From Eledone cirrhosa (taxonomy: Eukaryota): a stretch of DNA of 64,000 nt. The notes beneath the pieces were generated by a model, which did not search any database, was not told the origin of the DNA, and was given only the letters and a program-made list of their open reading frames with translations. Positions within the stretch are counted from its first letter, which is position 1; each line of letters begins with the position of its first letter. Shown here piece after piece: positions 12,224-25,270 of the stretch. The stretch spans positions 159,836,001 through 159,900,000 of the forward strand of contig OZ024743.1 of assembly GCA_964016885.1 (NCBI GenBank), read 5' to 3'. Position numbers and translations under genes: made by a program.

Positions 12224-12228
<5 letters not shown>
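11303..12228 (+). mobile_element. Non-coding unit bounded by ~180-bp direct repeats (period 743 bp), PLE pLTR or retrozyme-like
   Basis: 11303-11488 is nearly identical to 12046-12228. Flanked by (TA)n. Degenerate HHR motif CTGATGA...GAAAaatatGTC at 11918-11976. Confidence 0.55.
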
Positions 12229-12281
<53 letters not shown>

Positions 12282-12372
12282 GAAGAAGTTTATGAAACGG
12301 AAATGCGGGTATAAAGAATTTATTAGGTAACAATTGTTTCTATACCCGCATTTCCGTTTCATAAACTTCTTC
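12282..12372. repeat. Perfect 32-bp inverted repeat next to (TA)n
   Basis: gaagaagtttatgaaacggaaatgcgggtata (12282-12313) / tatacccgcatttccgtttcataaacttcttc (12341-12372). Confidence 0.85.
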
Positions 12373-12479
12373 ATATTTTCTCCGGATTTTAAAGCATATT
12401 TTATTATACGTTGAGCAATCTCCGACGTCGGTTGACTCCATCCAATGCGACTACCTAGTAACATTGGAGTACAGATTTA

Positions 12480-12517
<38 letters not shown>

Positions 12518-12623
12518 ATAATAATAAATTTGAAGACTAAAATACAAAGATGGCTCGATAAGGATGAATATATATCAAATATATAAGAACCGTAAAGCAA
12601 ATATTTATTAAAATACAGATTAA

Positions 12624-12674
12624 AGTTTTAGCAAAGAATCGCTGCTTTCACCCTTAACGGGATCTTCTGAAACT
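12624..12674 (-). ncRNA. Type I hammerhead ribozyme, variant core CAGAAGA
   Basis: AGUUU-CAGAAGA-u-CCC-guuaa-GGG-u-GAA-AGCA-gcgauucuu-UGCU-A/AAACU. All three stems pair. Confidence 0.6.
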
Positions 12675-13615
12675 AACAAAGTCAATCTATAAACGCAGAA
12701 GTGGGTATTTCAAAAAACGTTGCAACCGGAGGAAGACTGGAAGACGATACTTTGGTTCATGGAAACGTTCCCTGGCAAAAACGGGAAAAAACGAATATAA
12801 TACGTCATTAATAGGAGCGGTGAAAAACAATTACACGCAAAGACAGAACCACGTTTATGGTATGAAAGAAGTCGTAGACTAATGTTCTCTTAGGTGGTTC
12901 ATAGAGACGTTCTCTGGCAATGAACGGAAAAAAGGAAGATAATACGTCATATGTGGAGCGTAGAGAACAATTGCACGCAAAGACAAAACCACGTAAATGG
13001 TATAGCTGATGTCGTAGACTAAAATGCTAACTAGGAAACCGAATGATTCTCCACTTCAGAGTTAAGAATAAAGTAAATAAAATACAATACAGAGGTAATT
13101 GATATTAAATAAATACATACACGCATCCAAATACGTACATACACAAGCAAACGCGAAAACACTCGCCATAGGTATACAAAACCACGCACGTAAAAATATG
13201 TGTGTGTGTGTGTGTGTGTGTATAAAAATAAATAAGTAATTAAATAAACGTATATAAATAAATAAATATGTATATAACAAGCGCACACACATACCTACAT
13301 GTAAATACACAAATGTTCGGAGACGACGTCAACCAAAACATAAAGTACACATAAACACACACCCAACATACGTACGAACCCGCATACTCACACAGACGCA
13401 AAACTCCCGTATACACACAACCAAAAGCATTTGTACCAGAATATATAAAAATATACGCCATAACATATACAATCAAATATACGTACGAGAAAGTATACTT
13501 ACCTTCACAAAACATACAGGTACTATATACTTACCTATGCAAATAAGTAATTGTATAAATATAACATATACTTAGCTACCACATCAAGACGTAAAATATC
13601 CACGTAGAGATCGTA

Positions 13616-14125
13616 CTATCCGTTAGGGTATAATGTGCGGCTGTAATATAGGAAAGCTTTGTGCAATTTATGTTTACAAGCTGAAATTGCCTCAGAATTT
13701 TTGTTTAAGATGTAGTCTGTGGCGTAGAGTATTTCCAGGGCCTCAGCGGCGCAGAAGTCACATGGTCTTTTATTTCCGTTATACGATCTAGCCCTAGCTA
13801 GGATCTCCCAGTGTAACTTATATTGTGTGTGGTTGTCTTTTAGACTCCAGATATAAGCTGAAAGTGACGTCATATTCCTTCTTAGAGGGTAACGAAAGGA
13901 ATGGGTATGCATGTAAAGACGCTGCTTGAATCTATTGGCGGTTAACCCTATGTAGGCCCTACGGGACGTGGGTGTTTCAACCTTACATTTGTATACAAGG
14001 TTAATAGAGAGGCATTTCCCGGATAGGGGGCAATCAACCCGATTCCTACAATTACAGTTAGTATTAGCTACAGGGTTGCACGTGTTCCTACGGCTAGGTA
14101 GTTTAGCTAAATTTGAAGCAGTCAT
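13616..14125 (-). pseudogene. PLE GIY-YIG endonuclease domain
   Basis: LVY...YIG, RFKQR, LNKNSE motifs and a Cys-rich linker. Confidence 0.85.
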
Positions 14126-14654
14126 GTTATGTGCAAGGTTAGGAGTCGTAGAGTAAGAAATATTTTAATAGTATTTCTATTAAAAATGTTACTATATTTA
14201 TGTGTAGGGGGAAAATGCTTCGTAATAAGGGATAGAAAGATCTAAGCTAATGGTGTGGCCACCTCCATATTATATGGTGGGGTATACCATATAATGCGAC
14301 GGGATCTATTTCTTCTAGGTCTATTCTCGTACTCTGTATATGCTACCTTATCGACAAATCCACTCCGAGCAAGAGCTTCATTGTAATAAGTGGAATGGTC
14401 GTTTAAAATATGCTCGTTAGTAGATAGATGGGAAAGCCTCAACGAAGCGTTTCTTAGCAGGTTCTTGGTTTTGCTGGCAGGATGGTTGGAATGCTTACTT
14501 ATGTAATTAAGCGTGTCATTCGGCTTTCTATACGGGTAATACAAGCCATTCGATAAATTGAGAGTAACGTCGAGGTAATTAACGACCGAGACGTTGGCCT
14601 CAACCTGTATAGAAAGGTTGAAGCCTTTAAAGAAGGCTGTGAGTTCTTTTCTTA

Positions 14655-15262
14655 TTTATATACGTTTATTTAATTACTTATTTATTTGTATACACGCACA
14701 AACACACACGCACACATTTATATGTGCGTGATTTTGTATACCTATGGCGAGTGTTTTCGCGTATGCTTGTGTATGTACGTATTTGGATGCGTGTATGTAT
14801 TTATTTAATATCAATTACCTGTGTATTGTATTTTATTTACTTTTTTCTTAACTCTGAAGCGGAGAATCATTCGGTTAGAATTTTAGTTAGAATTCTAGTT
14901 AGCATTTTAGTCTACGACATCAGCTATTCCATTTACGTGGTTTTGTCTCTGCGTGTAATTGTTCTCACGCTCCACATATGACGTATTATCTCTGTTTTTT
15001 CCGTTCATTGCCAGAGAACGTCTCTATGAACCACCTAAGAGAACATTAGTCTACGACTTCTTTTATACCATAAACGTGGTTCTGTCTTTGCGTGTAATTG
15101 TTTTTCACCGCTCCTATTAATGACGTATTATATTCTTTTTTTCCCGTTCTTTGCCAGGGAACGTTTCCACGAACCAAAGTATCGTCTTCCTGTCTTCCTC
15201 CGGTTGCAACTTTTTTTGAGCAGCGATTCTTTGCTTAAACTTTAATCTGTTATTTTAATAAA
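14655..15262 (+). repeat. Inverted copy of the PLE 3' pLTR (12600-13265) joined to the truncated 5' end
   Basis: About 600 bp of reverse-complement identity, e.g. acgtattatc...ccagagaacgtctctatgaaccacctaagagaac. The 5' half of the HHR is deleted at about 15218. Confidence 0.88.
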
Positions 15263-15269
15263 TATATAT

Positions 15270-15339
<70 letters not shown>

Positions 15340-15365
15340 GAAGAAGAAGAAGAAGAAGAAGAAGA

Positions 15366-18110
15366 ACAGAGCCGTGGTGGAAGAAGCGACTGAGTGGGCA
15401 AATCGGGGAAATGAGAAATGACATAGGAAAGCTTGAGTCACTACTGAATGGGACACTAAAAAACATAGGCACTAAAAATAGACTGGAAATAAAATACAAA
15501 ACTAGGAGTAAAAAGCTAAATATTATCATAGAGGAATTGAAGCAACGCATTGTAGCAAAGAGTGCCAAAATCAGGCGATACGAGAACAGAGTCAGTCAGT
15601 ATAAACAGAACCGCATGTTCGACAACAACCAGAAGATGTTGTTTGGACAGCTTGAGGGGAAAGAAAGAGGCAACGACTTGATCCCTGGGGCGGAACAAGC
15701 TAAAACATTCTGGAGAGGAAAATGGGAGCAGGATGTTAGACACAATGCCCAGGCAGGGTGGATTGAGACAGTACAGAGGGAGATCGGTGAGCAGGCACAA
15801 CAACAGACTGATTTGAGTATCACAGTTGAAACTCTTAAGGGGCAAGCCAAAAAACTAACCAACTGGAAATCACCAGGCCCAGATGGTGTGCAGGAGTATT
15901 GGATTAAACATTTAACATCCCTCCACCCGAAGCTGACGGCCATGTTCAATGACTGCTTGGTGTCGGGTGAGGTGCCAGAGTGGTTGACAAAAGGTACCAC
16001 AGTTCTGATAATGAAAGACCGAATCAAGGGTAATGATGTTACCAACTATAGACCTATCACATGTCTGCCCGTAATGTGGAAACTGTTGACGAGCATTGTG
16101 TCTGAGGAAATCTACCATCACCTCCACACAAACAACTTGTTACCGGACGAACAGAAAGGATGCCGAAAGAAGTCACGTGGTACAAAGGACCAGTTGCTTA
16201 TTGATAAGATGGTAATGGGGAATTGCAGGAGGAGACACACTGATCTTGCCATGGGATGGATAGACTACAGAAAGGCATTTGACATGGTGCCTCATTCCTG
16301 GATCACCAAAAGCCTGGAGATCTTCAGGGTGGCAGATAACATCAGACAGTTGCTGGGCAGGAGTATGGGGTCCTGGGAGACAGAGTTGACATCAACTGGA
16401 GTATCCTTGGGAAGCGTGAAGATCAAGAGAGGTATCTTCCAGGGAGATAGCCTGTCCCCTCTGTTGTTTGTCCTTGCCCTGATGCCCTTGACCATTATGC
16501 TGCGAAAAGTGAGAGCAGGATACAAGTTGGGAAGGGGAGAGCTTACCATCAATCACCTCCTCTTCATGGACGATCTTAAGCTCTTCGGGAAAAGTGAGAA
16601 GGAGTTGGATGTGCTTGTTGACACTGTCCGTATTTTCAGCAGTGATATATGTATGCAGTTTGGTATTGGTAAATGTGGAGTCATTGTGATGAAGAGGGGT
16701 AGGTTGAGCAGAAGTAACGGGATCCAGATACCAACAGGTGAGATGATAAAGGAAATTGACTCTGAGGAAGGATACAAGTATTTGGGCGTTCTGGAGGCTG
16801 ATGGCATAAAGAACAAAAAAATGAAGGAATTGTTAAGAACTGAATACATTCGGAGAGTAAGGAGCGTATTGAAGTCACATCTGAACAGCAGAAATGCCAT
16901 AAGCGCAGTAAATTCCCGAGCTGTGTCTATTATTAGGTACAGTGCGGGAATTCTGAGATGGAATGTTGCTGAACAAAAAGAAATGGATAGGAAGACTAGG
17001 AAGCTATTGACTATCTACAACATGTTCCACAAGAGGAGTGATGTCGATAGACTCTACCTAAGGAGATCTGAGGGTGGAAGAGGTCTTATCAGCATAGAGG
17101 ACTGTGTTCAGATGGAGAAAAACAACCTATACAAATACGTGACCTATAGTAAGGAGCCAATGCTCAGAACTGTACTGAAGGAGGGGACAGTAGGCCAGGG
17201 GATGTCCAAGGAGGAAATAACATCAAGGAGGAAGAGCAGCCTTAAGGGAAAATCCCTTCATAGTACCTTCTTTGAGAAAACTGAATTTAGAGATCCACAG
17301 ACATGGAACTGGTTGAGAAGAGGAGACCTCAAAAAGGCTACAGAAGGAATGCTAATGGCTGCGCAGGAGCAGGCCCTCAAAACGAAGTGGTTGAAGCACC
17401 ATATCTACAAGGAGGAGGCTAGCCCACTGTGCAGGATCTGTGGAGAGAGAGAGGAGACTGTGGCTCACATTGTGTCCGAGTGTAAACACCTAGCCCAGAC
17501 CCACTATAAGGGCTGGAGACACGATGTGATGGGCAGGGTGATCCACTGGCACCTGTGCAAAGTAAACAATCTACCACATTCTGAGAAATGGTATGAGCAT
17601 AGGCCAGAGGCGGTGATGGAGAACAGTCAGGTGAAGGTGCTGTGGGATTTTAGGATACAGACGGACAAAAAACTGGAACACAATAGACCTGACCTGGTGG
17701 TTGTGGACAAAGAAAAAAGATCGTGCCTGATTGTGGATGTGGCCTGCCCGTTCGACACGAGAGTGCAAGAGAAGGAGAGGGAGAAAATTAACCGATACCA
17801 GGACCTAAAGTGGGAGGTGAAAAGGATTTGGAACTGCCATGAAGTCAAAGTGATCCCGATTGTCATAGGCGCACTGGGGACTATCTCCAAAGGTTTCCAG
17901 GGATGGTTAAAGAAAATCGGCCCCTTCACGCTTTTTGGAACGCTTCAAAAGGCATGCTTGCTTGGAACAGCAAGAACCCTCCGATACGTCCTGAATATCT
18001 GAGGCTGCAGGTAGTGGCTTGATATTCAATCCAACGGACTTTCCAGTTAACCAACATCAATGACTGAGATTCAAGGAATAACAATAACAATAATAATAAT
18101 AATAATAATT
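15366..18110 (+). mobile_element. R4/Dong-clade retrotransposon family A, 5'-truncated, probably young
   Basis: Uninterrupted ORF; preceded by (TAA)n(GAA)n and followed by 3' UTR and (TAA)n. Confidence 0.93.
15411..18002 (+). CDS. Reverse transcriptase plus CCHC finger plus restriction-like endonuclease (R4/Dong ORF, N-terminally truncated), 863 aa
   Basis: RT motifs DYRKAFD, GIFQGDSLSPLLF, LFMDD, YKYLG. CRICGEREETVAHIVSEC, RHD, RPDLVVVD..IVDVACP..EKINRY (PD-D/K endonuclease). Confidence 0.93.
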   Translation: MRNDIGKLESLLNGTLKNIGTKNRLEIKYKTRSKKLNIIIEELKQRIVAKSAKIRRYENRVSQYKQNRMFDNNQKMLFGQLEGKERGNDLIPGAEQAKTFWRGKWEQDVRHNAQAGWIETVQREIGEQAQQQTDLSITVETLKGQAKKLTNWKSPGPDGVQEYWIKHLTSLHPKLTAMFNDCLVSGEVPEWLTKGTTVLIMKDRIKGNDVTNYRPITCLPVMWKLLTSIVSEEIYHHLHTNNLLPDEQKGCRKKSRGTKDQLLIDKMVMGNCRRRHTDLAMGWIDYRKAFDMVPHSWITKSLEIFRVADNIRQLLGRSMGSWETELTSTGVSLGSVKIKRGIFQGDSLSPLLFVLALMPLTIMLRKVRAGYKLGRGELTINHLLFMDDLKLFGKSEKELDVLVDTVRIFSSDICMQFGIGKCGVIVMKRGRLSRSNGIQIPTGEMIKEIDSEEGYKYLGVLEADGIKNKKMKELLRTEYIRRVRSVLKSHLNSRNAISAVNSRAVSIIRYSAGILRWNVAEQKEMDRKTRKLLTIYNMFHKRSDVDRLYLRRSEGGRGLISIEDCVQMEKNNLYKYVTYSKEPMLRTVLKEGTVGQGMSKEEITSRRKSSLKGKSLHSTFFEKTEFRDPQTWNWLRRGDLKKATEGMLMAAQEQALKTKWLKHHIYKEEASPLCRICGEREETVAHIVSECKHLAQTHYKGWRHDVMGRVIHWHLCKVNNLPHSEKWYEHRPEAVMENSQVKVLWDFRIQTDKKLEHNRPDLVVVDKEKRSCLIVDVACPFDTRVQEKEREKINRYQDLKWEVKRIWNCHEVKVIPIVIGALGTISKGFQGWLKKIGPFTLFGTLQKACLLGTARTLRYVLNI

Positions 18111-18161
18111 CAGGAGAGAAGAGTGACATGGTTCGTTATACAATAAGGGCTTTATTCACAT

Positions 18162-18272
18162 TGCTGACAATTGTTTCTTTGACCTGGTAGGTCTAGAGTT
18201 CGCTACCCGCCTGATTTTGCGTCAATCGATCTCCAATACTTTGTTTATAACCAGTCGTTTTCATCAGAGCAC
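18162..18272 (-). ncRNA. Type I hammerhead-like motif with long stem II insert
   Basis: UGCU-CUGAUGA-(about 85 nt)-GAAAC-aauu-GUC/AGCA. Palindromic stem III ACAAUUGU; AAUAAA just downstream. Confidence 0.55.
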
Positions 18273-18344
18273 GCGAAAGGAAGAAGATACACAAGACATG
18301 GCTTTTATATAGGAGTGTTATTAAACCAGAACAATAATATTAAT

Positions 18345-18760
18345 AATTGTTTCTACTTTAGGCACAAGGCCAGAAACAACCCAGTACATTACTGGTACTT
18401 TATTTTATCGACCCCGTAAGGATGAAAGGCAAAGTTAACCTAGGCGGGATTTGAACTCAGACTGTAAAGGGACGTAACTATACTAGAAAGCATGGCGTCC
18501 AACTCTCTACCGATACTGCCAATAATATTAATAATAAAATAAAATAACTAGATAGTAAATAGTTAAAATAATGATTTCTACTTTAGGCACAAGGCCAGCA
18601 ATTACCCAGTGCATTACTGGTACTTTATTTTATCGACCCCGTAAAGATGAAAGGCAAAGTCAACCTCGGCGGGATTTGAACTCAAATCGTAAAGGGACGT
18701 AACTATGCTGGAAAGCATGGCTTCCGACCCTCTACCGATACTGCCAATCCACCGCCCTTA
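18345..18760 (-). mobile_element. Two tRNA-derived SINE copies (about 18345-18525 and 18568-18760)
   Basis: A-box-like TGGCAGTATCGG, B-box GAGTTCAAATCC, core ttgcctttcatccttacggggtcgataaaataaagtaccagt, tail agaaa(c/t)(a/c)attatt. Confidence 0.85.
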
Positions 18761-19599
18761 AATAGTTAAAATAATAACATCAATATAAGTAAGAAATAGA
18801 GTATAATGATGAATCTAGCATGTTAAACGAGCTGATATGATAGAGATGTATGAAATTGACATGTGAAAACTGCTATAGGGTACATTAGATATAGTGTTAA
18901 GGCGGCGACGAGATGACAGTAACAACGAAAATGAACTTCGAGACAGGATTTATGAGGTATCTGCATTGCTCTAGGTATGCTGGCAATAAATCTGAGATTT
19001 ACTTATTGTTTGACAGGTAAACATTTTCGTTGTATTAATTTAGTGAGGATGGTAGTTTTTATGTGGTGTTAAGTGGAGTTGTAGATTCGTTATTTAAGTG
19101 GCCTATACTAAAGATAGTGATTGTTAATTCGAATCCTGGGGGATTAGTTTTCACAGCATCAATAACAAATCGTGTATAAATAAGACAGTAATAACAACAA
19201 TAATAGAAACAATAAAGGTAATAAAATAGTAAAATATGCATGGTAGATATAGAGAACATGATGAATAATATTAGGGATACATTGAGATGTTCATAATAAT
19301 AATAATAAGAAGAAGAATAATAATAAGAGGAAAGTAAGATTTCAAGGAGTGTAGGAGTAATAAGATAATGAACTTAGAATTAGGTTCACCTGTTAGAGAT
19401 TATGAGTTCTAATGTGAGTTATAATTGTTTGGTTCGAAGGAGTGAACAACAGCAAAGATAGGATTGATTTATGGGTTGATAAGATAGTTGTAGACATTAC
19501 TGCCACATCCCAGTGGTATAGAATTAGGGAGGCTAGAAGGTGTTTATAGAAGATTATAGTTCCGTATTGGGCTGTGTGAGAAGGCGGATTTCATATGTT

Positions 19600-20872
19600 A
19601 AGTGCTAAGTGATGTTGATTCGAATCACGGTGGTTTAAATCTCGCGAATTTTGTAGCAATCCTATGTCTGCAGAAAATTGACCGTTCTATTTTGCTGTTG
19701 AGTAGCATTTTATCGTTCCTCGAGATATGCAGCAATTCAAGTTTGCAGAGCCCGCAGTGGGACATATCGCTGCTATATGATTTTGCGGCCGCCAATTTCG
19801 ACCAGCTAATATTGTAATCAAGATGTTTGTCCTTAAGTTGCCAGATTTTATTGGCGAGGGTTGTAGAACTTACCAGTGCACGGTTCCTCATTGAATGTCT
19901 GTGTACATACCATCTTTTTTAAAAATACCCGCGGTGGATCCAATGTAGTGCCAATTGAAGTTGCCCGAGTTTGCAGTAAACATGTACACTAGGCTCGAAT
20001 CAAGGCACCTATTCGCTAATGGGCACTTATCCGGTAAGTGACAGTTATAGTTCGGGGCATTACTCTGTGCAGCTTTCACATTGCGGTTTTGTAAGCTATT
20101 ATATGTGGGTTGTGATTCCTGCCTATTGAAGTTTTGCTGTGGTGCGTTCATGTGCGTTTGTGGTTGTGATACGGTAATGTGTTTGTGTTTAGTGTTTGGT
20201 GCTATGTTGCGTATAGGTGGGATATCTTTCCTAGAGGTATTCTTGTGGTTGATTTTGCGTATGTGCGATTCAATGTTGGCAACAGTAGAGTATGAGAGTT
20301 TTATAGTTTTTCTATTGAAGATTTTATGATATCTATGCGATATAGGGCAGTGCTCATCGTAGAAGGCAGTCTAGTTGAAGATTGGATTAAACCATAGGTA
20401 TATTCTTTCTCTAGTTCTTCTATAGTTTCTGGGGTTTACATTATTCGTGTTCGGTCCTCCTTCTCTAGGATGCTACTTGTCTAGTTCTATGTCTAGTCCG
20501 ATTACCTTTATTTTTGTATGAGCGGTTGGTGTCGGTGTTAATGGGTTTATTTGTGTTGTCCTTATCCGTTATACACTGCAGCTTCTCTTTGTGTCCAGCC
20601 CTATGTAATGCTGTGTTATAATAGGTATCATGTTCTTTAAACATTTCTTGGTTTGAGGATAAGCGGGATATTCTAAGGGATATACTTCGTGCTATGGATT
20701 TAATTATGGATTGAGGGTGGTTTGTGTTATAACTAATGTAGGCTAGATTCTCATTATTTTTGTGGAAGGGTTCTATTAATTCCGTGCTTAGATTTAGAGT
20801 TACGTCTAGAGAGTTTGCCTTTTTAGAATTCAGTTCGTAGGTAATATCTAGGCCTAGTTTTTTGAAGAATGC

Positions 20873-20877
<5 letters not shown>
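19600..20877 (-). mobile_element. Penelope-like element fragment (RT thumb plus GIY-YIG), degenerate
   Basis: GLDITYELNSKKANSLDVTLNL..EPFHK..YISYNTNHP, CHLPDKCPLANRCLDSSLVY..YIGST, STTLANKIW..CGLCKLE..LLNSKIE. Begins at a (TA)n tract. Confidence 0.85.
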
Positions 20878-20926
<49 letters not shown>

Positions 20927-20947
20927 TATATATATATATATATATAT

Positions 20948-21567
<620 letters not shown>

Positions 21568-21616
21568 ATATATATATGTATATATGTATATAGATATACA
21601 TGTATGTGTATGTATG

Positions 21617-21650
<34 letters not shown>

Positions 21651-21977
21651 TGTATGTATGTATGTATGTATGTATGTATGTATGTATGTATGAGAGAGTA
21701 GTATATCTCTCTTACATAAAGCCTAGTTTTAGAAACCCACAGCAATGCTAATCTTAATCCGATATAATGGTAAACGTGTAATTTCCAATTTTTTTCTTAT
21801 GCTTGTTTTCACTCCTTTATTTCCAAAACGTATTGGAATGGTTATTTTCAAATATTTTAAAGCAATCACACTAGCACACACATATATACATGCACACACA
21901 TACACGCACGCACACACACATACACACACATACACACACATAGGCTCGCACTCATACACACTCTCTCTCTCACAGAC

Positions 21978-22042
<65 letters not shown>

Positions 22043-22252
22043 TATATCTACATATACATGTTCATACACACTCACACTCACATACGCACATACACACACA
22101 CATTCATATATATATAGATATGTATTGTAACAAATATATATAAATTACTATTGTTATTAATGTTAGTAGAAACAATTATATAATGTAGAAACAGTTATTA
22201 ATATTAGTATCATTACATTATCATTATCATTATTATTAGTTTTTATTACGTT

Positions 22253-23036
22253 GGATTGGTAATATCGGTAGAGCATCGTAGTACATGTTTTGCGGTATAT
22301 AGTTAAGATTCTTTACGTTCTGAGTTTAAATACCACCGATGTTAGCTTTGCTTTTGGTCATTACAGTGTCGATAAAATAAAGTACCAGTAATTCACTGAG
22401 AATCAATTTAGTCGAATTTTCCCTCCCCCAAAATTGTTGGGCTTGTGCTTAAATCAAAAAACATTATTTTATTATTATCATCTTAATGTTTTCAACAGTT
22501 TCATTCAACTTCATTACAACACTGCCAGTTGCGTCTTCTAGGCGATGAGATGTGTTATGGGAGTGTAGAATTGTGTTATATTTGTTTCTATTTGTTGTGA
22601 TGGGCATGGTTTGTTGCTAGCTGGTATTACCTTATTTTTTCGCTTTTTGTGGGGTGGGGTATATTGTTGCAACATATGTTGTTTTATTTTAAGTGATGAG
22701 TTGTAGTAGAGCTTCGGACAATATACTTTATAGCATTTACCGAGGTCAACACTACCTTTCATTCTACAAGGGTCGACAAGGTAAAGTGCCAGCTAAATAC
22801 TGGTGTTGATATCATCGACTTTCATCTTCCTTTTAATTGCTGGTCTTATGTCAATATTATTAAGGCGGTGGGTTGGAAGAACGTCGAACAAAATGTTATG
22901 CGACACTTGTTCTGTGTAAGTCCCGGCGATGTTAGCATTGCCTTCCATTTTGGGTGTCAATAAATTAAGTACTAAGTTGATACATTCGACTCATCCCACG
23001 ATACAAAATTACTTGTCGTGTGCCTAAAGTAGACAT
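22253..23036 (+). mobile_element. Cluster of three old SINE copies (about 22253-22470, 22738-22860, 22862-23036)
   Basis: Diverged matches to the SINE core (gtcgataaaataaagtaccagt; tgtgcctaaagtaga). Confidence 0.65.
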
Positions 23037-23795
23037 AAATATATTAATTATTTTCATTCAGTAGCCTTATTTTTATTTTGTACCTGAATTGCACTATGTG
23101 AGTCTTGGGTTTGTGCAGTTTTTTGTATTGTCGTTATAAGTTCTATTGTATTTAAAATATTCTATATTATGTATATTCATGAGTCTTTTGTTTTGTTTCT
23201 AATCACCATCATTGATGTAATTGATGTTGTTCTATTATAAGCCATTACTTGTCACTTGCGTCATAAGTATACTTGGGAAAATCCCACAGCAATACAACAA
23301 CTTATTTATTTTATCATTTTCAAAACAAAAACAAACCCCAGTGCCCATACCTGTTACGGCAACAATAGCAATAACATCAGCTAAAAAATCAAGGGAAAAA
23401 TAATTATGACGTTAGGTGTAGTGATGGTAAAGTTAATGAAGATGAAGCTGGGGATGATGATGATGATTTTGGTAATATTGATGATGAGGATGATGATGGT
23501 GATGATGAAGGTGATGCTGTTACTAGTGATGATGATTGTGGTGTAGCTGTAGAATATGCTGATAATTATGCTAACAATGTTTTCAATATACAACAAAAAG
23601 AAACAAAAGTATATTTAAACACACGCATCCACAATTAAAGATAACAAGGAAAAGAACAATCAACAAAACAAGAAGTGGAAGATGAGAGTGGGAAGTAAAA
23701 TTGTGAAATAATGAAACTTACCGATTTGTAGTAGTTATTGTAAATATAGTCGCAATGTGTTACAGTAGTAGTGGTGGTGGTATTAATAATAAAAA

Positions 23796-23796
<1 letters not shown>

Positions 23797-23859
<63 letters not shown>
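23797..23859. repeat. (TAG)n microsatellite
   Basis: Direct reading. Confidence 0.95.
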
Positions 23860-23860
<1 letters not shown>

Positions 23861-24199
23861 TATCCGAGTTAGACTTTTGAAGATTATATAAAGACAAATA
23901 AATAGTTAGATTGGTAGATAGATGTAGAGATATAGGTATGTATATATATAGTTATATAGATGTTAAAGATAAATATTTTCGTTAGAAAGATAGATAAATA
24001 AATTGGAACTCCAGTACTCCAGTTTTAGTCATACAGATAGGAAAGATTCCTCTACATACTGATGTAGAAATTGAAATTGCAGCGACAGTGAAAGATAGTG
24101 AACGTCTGAATGTATGCGTATGTGTGCGCATGTGGATTTCAATACGTGTGTGTGCCTCCGCGCGTGTGTGTGTGTGTGCGTGGAGTGTGTCATTGAACA

Positions 24200-24491
24200 A
24201 TAGAGGTGGAGGAGAGAACAGGCGAAGAGTAAGAAGTGAAGGAAAGTAAGAGTGAATGGGGGAGAGAGATCGGAACAAGAGAAAGCGAGTGGGATAAATG
24301 GAGAGGAAAAGAAGTAATAGTGAGTAGAGAAAAAAGAATGGCTTAATATGAAGTAAGCGTGAGAGTGACTAGAGAAAAACTATATATGATAAGAAATAGA
24401 AAAAAAGAAGACGATAAATTTGAAGAATTGAGTGTATTAAAAGGAAAACAGTTGGGAGGTGATAAGGAAGGTTAATGGAGGAAAGAAAAAT

Positions 24492-24585
<94 letters not shown>

Positions 24586-25270
24586 TGTAAGGTTTAAAGG
24601 GAGAAGAACAATAAAAGAGGGTGGAATAAACGAAGAGAAATAGGAGGAAGATAGTACGAGGGGGAAAGGGAGGAAAGTGAATGAGTAAGAGATGAAAGGA
24701 GAGTAAGCAAAAATCAGGAGGAGAACGATGAGACGGGGAATAGATAAGATAAATAATGAAAGATAGAGTGAGAACAAGACAGAATTGGGTGGGTTTGAGA
24801 GATACAATAAGGTAAGAAATTGAAATCAGGGGTATAACTCAAAGATACGGAAGAGTTAAAAGAGAAATGGAAAGGTAGAAAGTAAGATATAAACTGAGAG
24901 TGAGGGGAAAAGTAATGATGAGAGGATGGGGTGATAACATAGAGAGAGAAGGAATAAAAAGAAATTGGAATGCGTTTAGGCAGAGCTAGTGGTAGATACA
25001 AAATGTGAGAAAGAATAAGGGATCTAAAGAATGAGAAAGAGAGAGAGAGAAAGGAAATGTGAGGGAGACAGAGAGAGGAGAGAAGCATTGGGTGGGAGGC
25101 GTGAAAAGACAATTATGACTGGAAGAGTTATGTGAAAGAAGGAGAGGAGAAAGAGAAAATATGATAGAAACAAGTAAAAAAAAAAGGACAAATAGTTACA
25201 GAAGAGAAGAAATAATATGTGAAAGTGAGAGAGAGGGCGACAGAGAAGGGGAGAACAATAGAGAGTGGGA
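24200..25270. repeat. Purine-rich low-complexity tract including (GA)n at about 24495-24582
   Basis: Direct reading. Confidence 0.85.

Larger units (their letters stand above)
12600..14655 (-). mobile_element. Penelope-like element, 5'-truncated (RT thumb plus GIY-YIG plus 3' pLTR)
   Basis: 14242-14544: YYPYRKPNDTLNYISKHSNHP, IIWYTPPYN. 13616-14125: CNCRNRVDCPLSGKCL..LVYKC..AYIGLTANRFKQR. NYLDVTLNL immediately upstream. Confidence 0.9.

Noticed and set aside
23715-23770. Possible minus-strand host exon ending at a G|GTAAGT donor near 23728
   Set aside because: No acceptor, ORF homology or partner exon can be supported.
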